From assembly GCA_000025185.1 (NCBI GenBank), contig CP001848.1, positions 3,870,001 to 3,902,000 of the forward strand: a stretch of 32,000 bases of DNA. Reading direction: 5' to 3'. Positions 7,671-15,949 of the stretch are shown piece by piece. Both the position numbers and the translations under genes were made by a program. The stretch's first letter is position 1. Each line of letters opens with the position of its first letter. The DNA comes from Pirellula staleyi DSM 6068 (GTDB lineage: Bacteria > Planctomycetota > Planctomycetia > Pirellulales > Pirellulaceae). A model generated the notes under the pieces. The model did no database searches, was not told where the DNA came from, and saw only the letters and a program-made list of their open reading frames with translations.

Positions 7671-9128
7671 ATGTCGAGTGTCCTGAAAAGTTTGCCAAGC
7701 GTGTCGGAATTGCTCGATAGTGCCCCGCTGAAGTCGCTGGTCAGCCGCGTCAGTCAATCGACGGTGCTTAGCGGCGTTCGTCGCTTTCTCGACCAAGTTC
7801 GGAGCGAAATCCCTACCGCTTCGCAGTTTCCCACCACCGCTGCTGATCTGGCCGACCGCATTGCCCGCTGGATTTCGCGCGAGGATCGAGGGGGCGCGTC
7901 GGCTGCCATTAATGCCACCGGCGTCTTGCTCCCAGCCGGTATGGAGGGGCCGCCACTGGCCGACGAAGCGGTGCAAGCGATCATCGATTTGGCAAGTTCG
8001 TACATCGTGAGCGGGCGTGATTCCGCAACGAATCCTCGCGCGGGTGGCGCAGTCGCAGCAGCTGCCATGCGGCTGACAGGTTCTGAAGATGCTGCTGTTT
8101 ACACCACCGCCACCTCCGCCGTCCTTTTGGCGGCTCAGGCCCTGGCTCGCGGGCGCGAAGTGATCGTCGCGCGGGGCGATCTGACCGAAACTCCCGAGCA
8201 ATCACGCTGGCTCGATGTGCTGCGAGCCGGCGGAGTGAATGTGCGCGAGATCGGGGCGGCCAATTTAGTGCGAATCGCCGATTTCTCGGCCGCAATCACT
8301 CCTGCCACCGGCGCGATTCTGCGGCTGGATGCCGTTCGGACTCGCAGCAGCGAGCCATCGCTCGGCGAACTTACGGCCCTGGCGCGCGAGCATAAGTTGC
8401 CGGTCATCCAGTTCCTTGGTGTCGGCGGAATTGTGCCGTCGACTGCCATTGGCATTCCGGACCAACTGAGTGCTGCCGAGTCGATTGCCGCCGGCGTCGA
8501 CCTGGCGATTGTTGCAACCGATGCCCTCACGGGTGGTCCGCGGGCAGGGCTCGCGATCGGGAAGGGGACCGCTGTCGAGTCGCTACGAGCCCATCCATTG
8601 GCAGCGCCACTAGCGCTCGACCGACTACTGCAGGCAAGTTTGCTCGCCACGCTCGAACTCTATCTCGATCCCTCGCAGCTCGAACTCAAGTTGCCTCTTT
8701 ACTCGCTGCTCGCCACGCCACTAGCGAATTTGCAAAACCGGGCCGAGCGAATCGCCCCGCAACTGCATATCCCAGGCGTTATCGAGGCGATTGCGACGGC
8801 GATGCCAGCCTCGCTCCAAGATGGATCGAGCCCGCACCTGCTTCCAAGCTATGGCATCGAGCTTCGTCCGCTGGCAGTTTCCAAAACATCGCTCAAGGAT
8901 CGTCTCGCCCGAGGTTTGCCCGCTGTGATCGCCGCCGAGACTGAAACGGGGCTCCTGCTGAACCTGAAAACCGTCTTGCCCCGCCAAGATTTGCAGCTGG
9001 CAACGATCCTCGATGCGTTTCGTCGAGGGGCGGACGAGTCGCCAAAAACCGACGAAAAGCAGATCTCACCGGAAGATTCACAGCCCCAATCCCCCGGCGA
9101 TGAGTTCCCAGCTCCTGAGATTGTCTAG
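7671..9128 (+). CDS. SelA-like (L-seryl-tRNA(Sec) selenium transferase fold) protein, probably catalytically degenerate
   Basis: GGAGG lies 9 nt upstream of the ATG. The N-terminus LPSVSELLDSAPLKSL resembles the SelA N-terminal motif. The C-terminal half is collinear with E. coli SelA as I recall it: TGGPRAGLAIGKG..LRAHPLAAPLALDRL..LELYLDP against GGPQAGIIVGKK..LQSHPLKRALRADKM..LRLYLHP. The PLP-lysine position reads DAL instead of DKL. Confidence 0.75.
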   Translation: MSSVLKSLPSVSELLDSAPLKSLVSRVSQSTVLSGVRRFLDQVRSEIPTASQFPTTAADLADRIARWISREDRGGASAAINATGVLLPAGMEGPPLADEAVQAIIDLASSYIVSGRDSATNPRAGGAVAAAAMRLTGSEDAAVYTTATSAVLLAAQALARGREVIVARGDLTETPEQSRWLDVLRAGGVNVREIGAANLVRIADFSAAITPATGAILRLDAVRTRSSEPSLGELTALAREHKLPVIQFLGVGGIVPSTAIGIPDQLSAAESIAAGVDLAIVATDALTGGPRAGLAIGKGTAVESLRAHPLAAPLALDRLLQASLLATLELYLDPSQLELKLPLYSLLATPLANLQNRAERIAPQLHIPGVIEAIATAMPASLQDGSSPHLLPSYGIELRPLAVSKTSLKDRLARGLPAVIAAETETGLLLNLKTVLPRQDLQLATILDAFRRGADESPKTDEKQISPEDSQPQSPGDEFPAPEIV

Positions 9129-9402
9129 CTCGGTTCTAGCTCATTCGGGGGTGTCAGACCTTACCTAATGAGCATAGGCCGAACAATCTGATCGAGAAAT
9201 CGGGTAAACCAGCGACACTGGGCTAAGGAAAGTCTCGAATCGCTGCGAATGGATGGTTACATTGAAGTGGAAAGCAGTAAGCGCCTGGATCGTGTGATGG
9301 AAGTTCCCCTCCACGAGATCAGCAACATTCAGCTTCGCTTGGCGACCGGTCGCGAGATCGGGCAGGCAATCGACTGACGCGACATCTGCAAGGTAGTGTT
9401 CG

Positions 9403-10506
9403 GTGCGTAATCCCCTTTTGATCCACAGTACGAAGCAGTTGCTGCTCCTGGCCATCGGCGTGAGCCTGTTGGCAGTTGAGCTTGCTGCGCAGCCTGCTGC
9501 ACCTGCGGGATCGTCTTCGCAAGGGTCGAGTGCACCCGAAGTTTCGCCTGCTGTGAAGCCTGAAACGGGCTCACCTGCGGTGAGCGACTCGGTAACAGCT
9601 GGCGATCCTGGCCAAGGTTCGCCGAAAGAACCTAGTGCTCTCAAACCGGTGGATGAAGCCGAATCAGCTGGCGCCGAGGCCCCTTCGACGACAGAGCCCG
9701 CCAAGATTGTTCCGCAAGATCCAGCCAAATTGCCAGTCAAGCCAGCGGTCGATACATCTGAGTCGATCAAGCTGCTGCCGAGCGAGCATCCATGGTCGGG
9801 CTTTCCTCTGGGCACTTGGAAGTTGGTTCGCACCATCAGCGAGTCGCTCGATGCCGAAGGCAACATCACCAATGTCACGACCACCGAAACACGCACCACA
9901 CTGGTCGGCACCACCGACGAAAATTACACCATCAAAGTCGAGGTGACGGTTGAGGTGGGTGGCAAGCGTTTTCCTTCAGCGCCGCAGCTCGTGAAAAAAC
10001 AAGCGCGTGGCACCGAGGGGCAGACAAGCGAAGTAGTGGCTCTGGCCGATAGCGAAATCCTGCTCGACGGCCGCCGAGTTCCCTGCCAGGTGCGACAAGT
10101 TTCGGCCGAATCAGGGGAGTGGAAGGTCGAAAGTTTGCTTTACACCTCGAGCGAAACCTATCCCCACACGGTGCGCCGCGAAACGAAATCAACCGCTGAC
10201 GATGGCCGCACCGCCAGCACCATTGTGGAAGTGATCGCCTCGGGCTTGCCGCATAAAGTGCTCGGAGAAACGCGAGCCACCGCGACGGTTCGCACCGTGC
10301 AGCGTCACGCAAAGGGCTCGAGCATTACGCTCGAAGTTCACTCTCCCGAGATTCCTGGCGGGGTGGTTTCGCATGCGGCGCTCGAACTCGATGCCGAAGG
10401 AAATCCACTTCGCCGCAGCACGCTCGAACTGGTGGCTTATGGCGACTCGGGGCCGAATCTTCCTCAGGGAAATCGTCGCCGCGTTTATCGTACGCGTGGC
10501 CGGTAG
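9403..10506 (+). CDS. Secreted hypothetical protein with P/A/S/E-rich linker
   Basis: GTG start. Signal-like N-terminus MRNPLLIHSTKQLLLLAIGVSLLAVELAAQPA, then ~110 aa of low complexity, then a T/V/E-rich and probably beta-rich domain. No family recognised. Confidence 0.55.
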   Translation: MRNPLLIHSTKQLLLLAIGVSLLAVELAAQPAAPAGSSSQGSSAPEVSPAVKPETGSPAVSDSVTAGDPGQGSPKEPSALKPVDEAESAGAEAPSTTEPAKIVPQDPAKLPVKPAVDTSESIKLLPSEHPWSGFPLGTWKLVRTISESLDAEGNITNVTTTETRTTLVGTTDENYTIKVEVTVEVGGKRFPSAPQLVKKQARGTEGQTSEVVALADSEILLDGRRVPCQVRQVSAESGEWKVESLLYTSSETYPHTVRRETKSTADDGRTASTIVEVIASGLPHKVLGETRATATVRTVQRHAKGSSITLEVHSPEIPGGVVSHAALELDAEGNPLRRSTLELVAYGDSGPNLPQGNRRRVYRTRGR

Positions 10507-10661
10507 CAGGTGGGGTTGCCACGTAGCGACCACTTGCATTCATCGATTACGATCAAGTCTTCAGCGGCGCGAGTAGAGCCGAGTCGAGCACTTTCTCTCG
10601 CAACCGATGTCCCCACACCGACACCCAGCAGATCACCTTAGAACGCACGGAGATCGATCGC

Positions 10662-10889
10662 ATGAAGTTCATCGAAATGACAGGCAAGACGCTTCGCACG
10701 CTCATCAGCGACGATGAACTTCACGGGGAAGATCTTTCGTCGGCGGGGGTGAGTGACGACACGATCGTGCGGGTGAACGAGCAGGGGGATATTGAAGTGC
10801 GACGTCCCGATCGTTGGGACGTGATTGGCGGGCTGCTGGGTAACTACGAAGTCCGCATGAAGAAGACGACCGGCATGGACTGGGCTTAA
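10662..10889 (+). CDS. Small hypothetical protein (75 aa)
   Basis: ATG with GGAG about 12 nt upstream. Soluble acidic sequence MKFIEMTGKTLRTLISDDELHGEDL... Confidence 0.45.
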   Translation: MKFIEMTGKTLRTLISDDELHGEDLSSAGVSDDTIVRVNEQGDIEVRRPDRWDVIGGLLGNYEVRMKKTTGMDWA

Positions 10890-10911
10890 TCGATTGGGGC
10901 TTAATCGATTG
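10882..10911. repeat. Perfect 15-bp tandem duplication GGGCTTAATCGATTG x2
   Basis: Read directly: 10882-10896 is identical to 10897-10911. The first copy contains the TAA stop of the 75-aa ORF. Each unit carries an ATCGAT palindrome. Confidence 0.9.
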
Positions 10912-10937
10912 GGATTCGGGCTGTCGGTTGAGCCGGA

Positions 10938-11540
10938 TTATTGTTTTTGCCACTGGCCGCGCTGATGCTTGCGAGCATCTTGCTCGGCGATTTCCAGACG
11001 CTTGGCCATGCTCGCAGAGTCACCCGGAAAAGCATCGACCACCGCAAGACCACGCCGCAGCAGTTCTTCTTGAACCAGCCGCTTGTCGACGTAGAGATAG
11101 GCGAGTGATCGTCCATAGCGATCTCGCCGCCGTCGATCGAGTTCCAGCCGAACCTCTCGCTCGGCTGTCAGTTGCCGCAGCAATTCCGCCGCCTCGCGGG
11201 CGAAGGGCTGATCGGCGGTGGCGGCTTTCAGCGGCGCGTCCGTGCGACCCAGTTCGGGCGTATCGATCCCGATCAGGCGTACGCGACGGCGCACCACTCC
11301 GGTCGGCTGTTGTTGCTCGATCTGTAGCGTATCGCCATCGATGACGTAGAGCACACGTGCCGCGCCAGCCACCAGTGGCTCGCCATCGATTTCTGACGGC
11401 GGCGTGAAGAGCGCGCGGCCATAGAGAATCGCCAGTGTCGCTACGATCGCCGCTCCCAGTGCGCCGGAGATCATGCGCGAGATCGTCCAGCGGCGGCGAA
11501 TCACACGTCGTTGCCGAGCGACGGGGGATGAAACATTCAC
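10938..11540 (-). CDS. Thermonuclease (staphylococcal-nuclease-like) with N-terminal membrane anchor
   Basis: SNase motifs VIDGDTLQI, VRLIGIDTPEL and DRYGRSLAYLYVDKRLVQEELLRRGLA. The N-terminus RRRWTISRMISGALGAAIVATLAILYG is a positive-inside signal anchor. GTG start. Confidence 0.8.
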   Translation of the reverse strand: MNVSSPVARQRRVIRRRWTISRMISGALGAAIVATLAILYGRALFTPPSEIDGEPLVAGAARVLYVIDGDTLQIEQQQPTGVVRRRVRLIGIDTPELGRTDAPLKAATADQPFAREAAELLRQLTAEREVRLELDRRRRDRYGRSLAYLYVDKRLVQEELLRRGLAVVDAFPGDSASMAKRLEIAEQDARKHQRGQWQKQ

Positions 11541-11552
11541 GCTGTCAGCAGG

Positions 11553-11849
11553 TTAGTTCGAGCTAAAACCGAGGGACGATTTGACATCGCGTCCCAGTGG
11601 GTTCTGCATGAATTTGCGAAAGCATTTCGAGCAGAGATCAAAACGTTTCTTCTGGTAGATCTCTTCCGAAACTCCGCCGAGCGCTTCTTCTTCCAGGATT
11701 TCATCGATCTCGAGCAGATGATCGCGGTCGGCATCGAGGAGGTGATCTTCGATCGGCTCCATCGCCGCTTCGATCTCCATTTTCACTTGATAGCGAAGGT
11801 CGTCTGCCGAGATCACACACTTACACCGATCGCACGAGTAGTGAATCAT
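11553..11849 (-). CDS. Acidic zinc-ribbon-like hypothetical protein
   Basis: 98 aa with CDRCKC near the N-terminus and CSKCFRKF near the C-terminus, flanking a very acidic helix-like core (EIEAAMEPIEDHLLDADRDHLLEIDEILEEEA). It ends 12 nt before the thermonuclease start, so the two are probably co-transcribed. Confidence 0.55.
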   Translation of the reverse strand: MIHYSCDRCKCVISADDLRYQVKMEIEAAMEPIEDHLLDADRDHLLEIDEILEEEALGGVSEEIYQKKRFDLCSKCFRKFMQNPLGRDVKSSLGFSSN

Positions 11850-12335
11850 GTCGAGAGGCCCCTGAAGAAATATCGCCGCGCGAGTTGCTGAGAGAGAGAC
11901 GAAAGGGTCATGCGGCGGTTGTGGCTGAGCTGGACCTCAAACCTGAGGTCTGAAAAATCGTTCATCCAGCACCTTCAATCTACCCCCAGCGGTTTTGTTG
12001 CGGCAAGACGAATGTGCGCTGAAAAACGGGAGACTTGGTTGCACGAGGAAATCGCTTACGGTACTGATCGTCACAGGACGAAAGGTCGCAGTAGGCTCGG
12101 CGGCTGTGGCGAGCTCTGAACGTTTTTGTCGCGGCTAGAGCGCGAATTTCATCTCACGCGTGGTCCGGCATGCGATGGCACTGCTGTCGCTGCTGCCCTG
12201 TTATTTTTTGGCCGAGTTTTTCCAAGGTTGCTTGGCATTCGATTGCCAGAAGGCGTACACTAAAGTGTCTCGCCGCAACGAAAGGTTGTGTGTGAGCTTC
12301 GCCCTAGCTTTCCTGGTTCTCGAGAGATTCGAGCG

Positions 12336-12998
12336 ATGATGGTTGAGGTGGATGAACCCGATGCGCCGTATCATCCGGTGCTTTCGTCGAGCGTACTGGT
12401 GCTCAACCGGTCGTATCGTGCAGTGCATATTGTGAGCGTGCGTCGCGCGTTCATCATGTTGTTTCGTGAGTGTGCCGAGGTGATTCACACCGAAGATGGC
12501 AGCTACACGAATTACGATTTCACGACGTGGTGCGAGATCAGCGAGTTTCAAGCGCAAGAGAAACGACCGCACGACGATTGGGTGAAAGCGGTTCAGTTCG
12601 AAATCTTAGTCCCGCGCATCATTCGGCTGATCGATTACGACCGCATTCCCGAACGTGAAGTGCGCTACAACCGTCGGCAGATCTTTGCCCGCGATGGAAA
12701 CAAGTGTCAGTACTGCGGCAAGCGGTTGCCTGTGCAGCAACTGAGCCTCGATCATGTGATGCCGCGCAGTCGCGGCGGCGAGAGTAGCTGGGAAAATGTC
12801 GTTTGCTCGTGCCTGACGTGCAACACTCGCAAAGGTGGTCGCACGCCGCAAGAGGCTCACATGAACCTGATGACTACGCCGCGCGAGCCCGCCACCAATC
12901 CGCTGCTGAATCAAAAACTCTCGAATCCCAAATACGCCTGCTGGACTCCGTTTCTTCCCGGCAGCAGCATCGCCATCGAAGTGAGCGCCCGGTTTTAG
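12336..12998 (+). CDS. HNH endonuclease family protein
   Basis: HNH core CQYCGKRLPVQQLSLDHVMPRSRGGESSWENVVCSCLTCNTRKGGRTP. The N-terminal VLVLNRSYRAVHIVSVRRAFIMLF domain is typical of the widespread small McrA-like HNH family. ATG at 12336 is preferred over the GTG at 12288. Confidence 0.8.
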   Translation: MMVEVDEPDAPYHPVLSSSVLVLNRSYRAVHIVSVRRAFIMLFRECAEVIHTEDGSYTNYDFTTWCEISEFQAQEKRPHDDWVKAVQFEILVPRIIRLIDYDRIPEREVRYNRRQIFARDGNKCQYCGKRLPVQQLSLDHVMPRSRGGESSWENVVCSCLTCNTRKGGRTPQEAHMNLMTTPREPATNPLLNQKLSNPKYACWTPFLPGSSIAIEVSARF

Positions 12999-13224
12999 AA
13001 GGCTGGCTCCTAGGAAGCCCAGATTTAGTCATTCAGTGGGTGCCACTGGCTACGAGCGTGACTCGTTTAGATTCCCAACTTGGAATCTGCCCCACAGCAG
13101 AAATAGAAGCCTACGCTGAGTGCCACTTACTGTTTGAAAGTGGCTCTAAGAAGTCTTCAATGCGTGGCACCCGGCATTGGCGATCAAAGTTGATCAAGCT
13201 GTCTTGGAGCTGGTCGCTGAGCGT

Positions 13225-13497
13225 CTATACCAGCGGCTTTTTCTTCTGAGTGATGCTTGGAGTTTGGGTGACCATCTCGGCGTTGAGCTGGATGAAGGCG
13301 AGTTGATCGGCGGGGACAGCATCGTCGATGAAGATGGCTTCGACGGGACACTCGCTGCTGCAGGCACAGCAGTCGATGCAGGCGTCGGGATCGATGTAGA
13401 GCATCTGATCTCCTTCGTGAAAACAGTCGCAGGGGCAAACCACCACGCAGTCGGTGTGCTTACAGCCAAAACAAGCTTTGCAAACGACGTGAGTCAT
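13225..13497 (-). CDS. Ferredoxin, 7Fe (FdxA/Azotobacter FdI-like) family, Cys-enriched paralogue
   Basis: [29 protein letters not shown]...[17 protein letters not shown]...FIQLNAEM...ITQKKKPL is collinear with Azotobacter FdI as recalled. GGAG lies 9 nt upstream. Confidence 0.85.
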   Translation of the reverse strand: MTHVVCKACFGCKHTDCVVVCPCDCFHEGDQMLYIDPDACIDCCACSSECPVEAIFIDDAVPADQLAFIQLNAEMVTQTPSITQKKKPLV

Positions 13498-13744
13498 CGC
13501 GCGAATCTCCGGTAGCCACCCAAGAATGATCGCTTGCGAGGAGGATCAGCCGGCACGCGCGACTAGCGCGCGAAAGTTGCGCTTTTGCGCGCGTTGGGAA
13601 GATAAAAGCAGCTGATTGCTTGGTGAATGAGTCCCCGCGAGCATGATCGGGGTGGCTTTCTCGAAGGGACATACTTGTTTCAACAAGTGTTCGCGAGAAA
13701 TGGCCGTTTGCAGAAGCGTTTTTCTTCGAAATGGGAGTCCAGAA

Positions 13745-14314
13745 CTAAGAAGCGGGGGCCTGCGCCGGTTTGTGAACTTCGTAACGAAGTTCGGCGAAAG
13801 CGTCGCCGTATTGCTGCACGCTCGTGAGCTTCAGCGGCGGGGTGATGATGTTGCGGGGTAGCAGCGGCATGCCCGATGCGAGGGTGACCGCAGTGATCTG
13901 AATGATCAGTTCATCGAGGAGGCCTGCATCGTGAAACTGCCCGGCGAGCTCGCCGCCACCGACGATCCAGCGGTTCTTGGTCCCGGCAACTTCGATCATG
14001 GCGTCGTGGACTGCTCGCACATCGCCCGATACGAAGCGAACATTCACTCCCGGGGGTGCTGCGAGTGGGCGTGACGTGAAGACAAACGTCGGCTGCTCGT
14101 AGTGCCACTTCTGCTGGGGCTTGTCGCTGGTGAAGCCGAGTTCGTGCAGCACCCACTCGTAGGTGTGCGAGCCCATCGCAAGGGCTCCGACGTCGCGAAT
14201 GAAATCGTCGTAACTCGTTCCCGCGACGGTGAATTGCATCAGCCAATCGAGCGAGTGATCAGTTGTGGCCAGGAAGCCATTGAGGGTCGAGGCGGTGTAA
14301 TACTGCGTCTTCAA
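13745..14314 (-). CDS. Dihydrofolate reductase family protein (RibD C-terminal domain type)
   Basis: MKTQYYTASTLNGFLATTDHSLDWL...ALAMGSHTYEWVL...RWIVGGGELAGQFHDAGLLDELIIQITAVTLASGMPLLPR matches the family pattern. TTG start with AAGGAG 11 nt upstream. Confidence 0.8.
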   Translation of the reverse strand: MKTQYYTASTLNGFLATTDHSLDWLMQFTVAGTSYDDFIRDVGALAMGSHTYEWVLHELGFTSDKPQQKWHYEQPTFVFTSRPLAAPPGVNVRFVSGDVRAVHDAMIEVAGTKNRWIVGGGELAGQFHDAGLLDELIIQITAVTLASGMPLLPRNIITPPLKLTSVQQYGDAFAELRYEVHKPAQAPAS

Positions 14315-14524
14315 TGGGTGCGCAGCTCCTTAGAGGCAGGTCTGCTGATGAAGAAGAGCAGACTGCGCAGCTCGCAAAGAGTCTCGAACCCCTTGGTTCG
14401 AGACTTGGATTCCATCGTCAACCATTTGGTGATCAAGCGAGAGCAGCTTGTGACCGCACTACTGTGGTGGAAGTGTTGCGGGAAACAAACAACCAAGCTC
14501 GACAACCCAAGTGCCTCGCGACAC

Positions 14525-14803
14525 TTAGTTACCAGCGAGAGGTTCTTTTTTCTCGGTGATCGATGGTGACTGCGGAGCCATTTCGGCATTCAGCTCGATG
14601 AATGGCTTTTGATCTTCAGGAACGTTGTCCTGATGGAAGATTGCTTCAACCGGACATTCCGGCACGCAAGCTTCGCAGTCGATGCATTCATCGGGGTGGA
14701 TATAGAGGATTTGCTCCCCTTCGTAGAAGCATTCTACGGGGCAAACCACCACGCAATCGGTGTACTTGCAGCCAAAGCAAGGCTGGCAAACAACGTGTGC
14801 CAT
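14525..14803 (-). CDS. Ferredoxin, 7Fe (FdxA/Azotobacter FdI-like) family
   Basis: [83 protein letters not shown] is very close to the FdI consensus. GAGGAG lies upstream. Confidence 0.9.
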   Translation of the reverse strand: MAHVVCQPCFGCKYTDCVVVCPVECFYEGEQILYIHPDECIDCEACVPECPVEAIFHQDNVPEDQKPFIELNAEMAPQSPSITEKKEPLAGN

Positions 14804-15370
14804 GGAACCGACTCTCCTCGTGCGAAGCGAATAAATCAGCAGATGATGTCAAACGACAGCTGGGGAAATTAGTCGGCAAGTGGTGAGGAACTCTACGGAC
14901 GGCGTTGCTGGCAAGTGTCACGCTAGCTAGTCGAGCCATCAAGTTACCAACTACTTACTTGCAACCAACATCGACGGGTCGGGCCAGTTTTCGCCAATTC
15001 CAGGTGCTCAAAATTCTCCGCTCTGAGCATTTAGGGTCGGTGAAATCGCTCGTCCGAAGTGGGATCAAGTCGTTAGACTAAAAGCACTTCGGCCCATTTC
15101 CCAGTGGTTTCCGGGCATCTTAGGGAAGTGACAAGGGGGTGTCAATCGGCCGTAAGTTGATTGCTGGGGTCTAACGCGGCAAGAACGAATTGGCTGGAGC
15201 GTTTCTCTTGTCTCTCCCTGCCAAACGACGTAAAATGACGGGCAGATTCAATTTAGAATCGACTGTCGAACTTCGGCCAACCAGTAGCGGCGGCTGCTAG
15301 TCGCTCGAATCTGTGAAGCTAGGTAAGTTCGGCAGTTTCCGCCAAGCTTCTTTCGCTTGGAGATCCTCTC

Positions 15371-15949
15371 GTGGCCCTTTCCGAAATCGACCGATCGCTT
15401 TTGCAGCGATGCCTCACCCGGCAACCGCGGGCGTGGGAAGACTTTGTCGACCGATTCCTGGGGCTGGTGATGCACGTTGTTAACCACACAACGATCACGC
15501 GCAATCTGGCATTTTCTGCTGCCGACGCTGAAGACCTTGTCGCCGATGTGTTTTATGGCATCCTGGCCGACGATTTTGCTGTCCTTCGCCGATTTCGTGG
15601 GGAAAGCAGCCTGGCGACCTATCTGACTGTGGTATCGCGGCGGATCGTCGTTCGCGAACTGCTGAAACGACGTCTACCAATCAGTTTGACCGACACCAGC
15701 GAGATGGATAATCTCGCTGCGGGGGGCGGATCGCTTGAACAGCGTGTGCAGGATCGCGAAGAAGTCGAAAAGTTGATCGACCAACTGGGTGGAGAAGAGG
15801 CCCACATCGTGCGGCTCTATCACCTCGAAGGAAAAACGTACGGCGAGATCAGCAAAGTGACCGGCGTTCCCGAAAACAGCATCGGACCTACGCTCAGCCG
15901 AGCCCGCGCCAAAATGCGTCGCCAAAATGTCGACTCGGCTGCTGGTTAA
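15371..15949 (+). CDS. RNA polymerase ECF-type sigma-70 family factor
   Basis: The sigma-2 region is AWEDFVDRFLGLVMHVV...AEDLVADVFYGIL. The sigma-4 HTH is LYHLEGKTYGEISKVTGVPENSIGPTLSRARAKMR. GTG start with GGAG 8 nt upstream. Confidence 0.85.
   Translation: MALSEIDRSLLQRCLTRQPRAWEDFVDRFLGLVMHVVNHTTITRNLAFSAADAEDLVADVFYGILADDFAVLRRFRGESSLATYLTVVSRRIVVRELLKRRLPISLTDTSEMDNLAAGGGSLEQRVQDREEVEKLIDQLGGEEAHIVRLYHLEGKTYGEISKVTGVPENSIGPTLSRARAKMRRQNVDSAAG

Noticed and set aside
7240-7698. A 152-aa minus-strand ORF in the spacer between the small helical protein and the SelA-like gene
   Set aside because: It overlaps the SelA-like start and its SD, has an R/S/G-rich composition, and shows no start context. 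I treat the region as a divergent promoter spacer.
9165-9914. A 249-aa minus-strand ORF overlapping the start of the secreted-protein gene
   Set aside because: It is antisense to the low-complexity P/A/S/E region, which keeps the opposite strand open. There is no RBS and no motifs. The plus-strand gene has a signal peptide and a globular C-terminal domain.
12201-12572. A 123-aa minus-strand ORF overlapping the HNH gene start
   Set aside because: It is antisense to the well-supported HNH N-terminal domain, is basic and low-complexity, and shows no start signals.
14887-14906. GGAAC...CGTT, resembling an ECF sigma -35/-10 promoter pair upstream of the sigma gene
   Set aside because: The spacer between AAC and CGT is 11 nt rather than the ~16-17 nt expected. 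The site is also ~480 bp from the sigma start. Other GAAC/CGT pairs nearby have the wrong spacing too.
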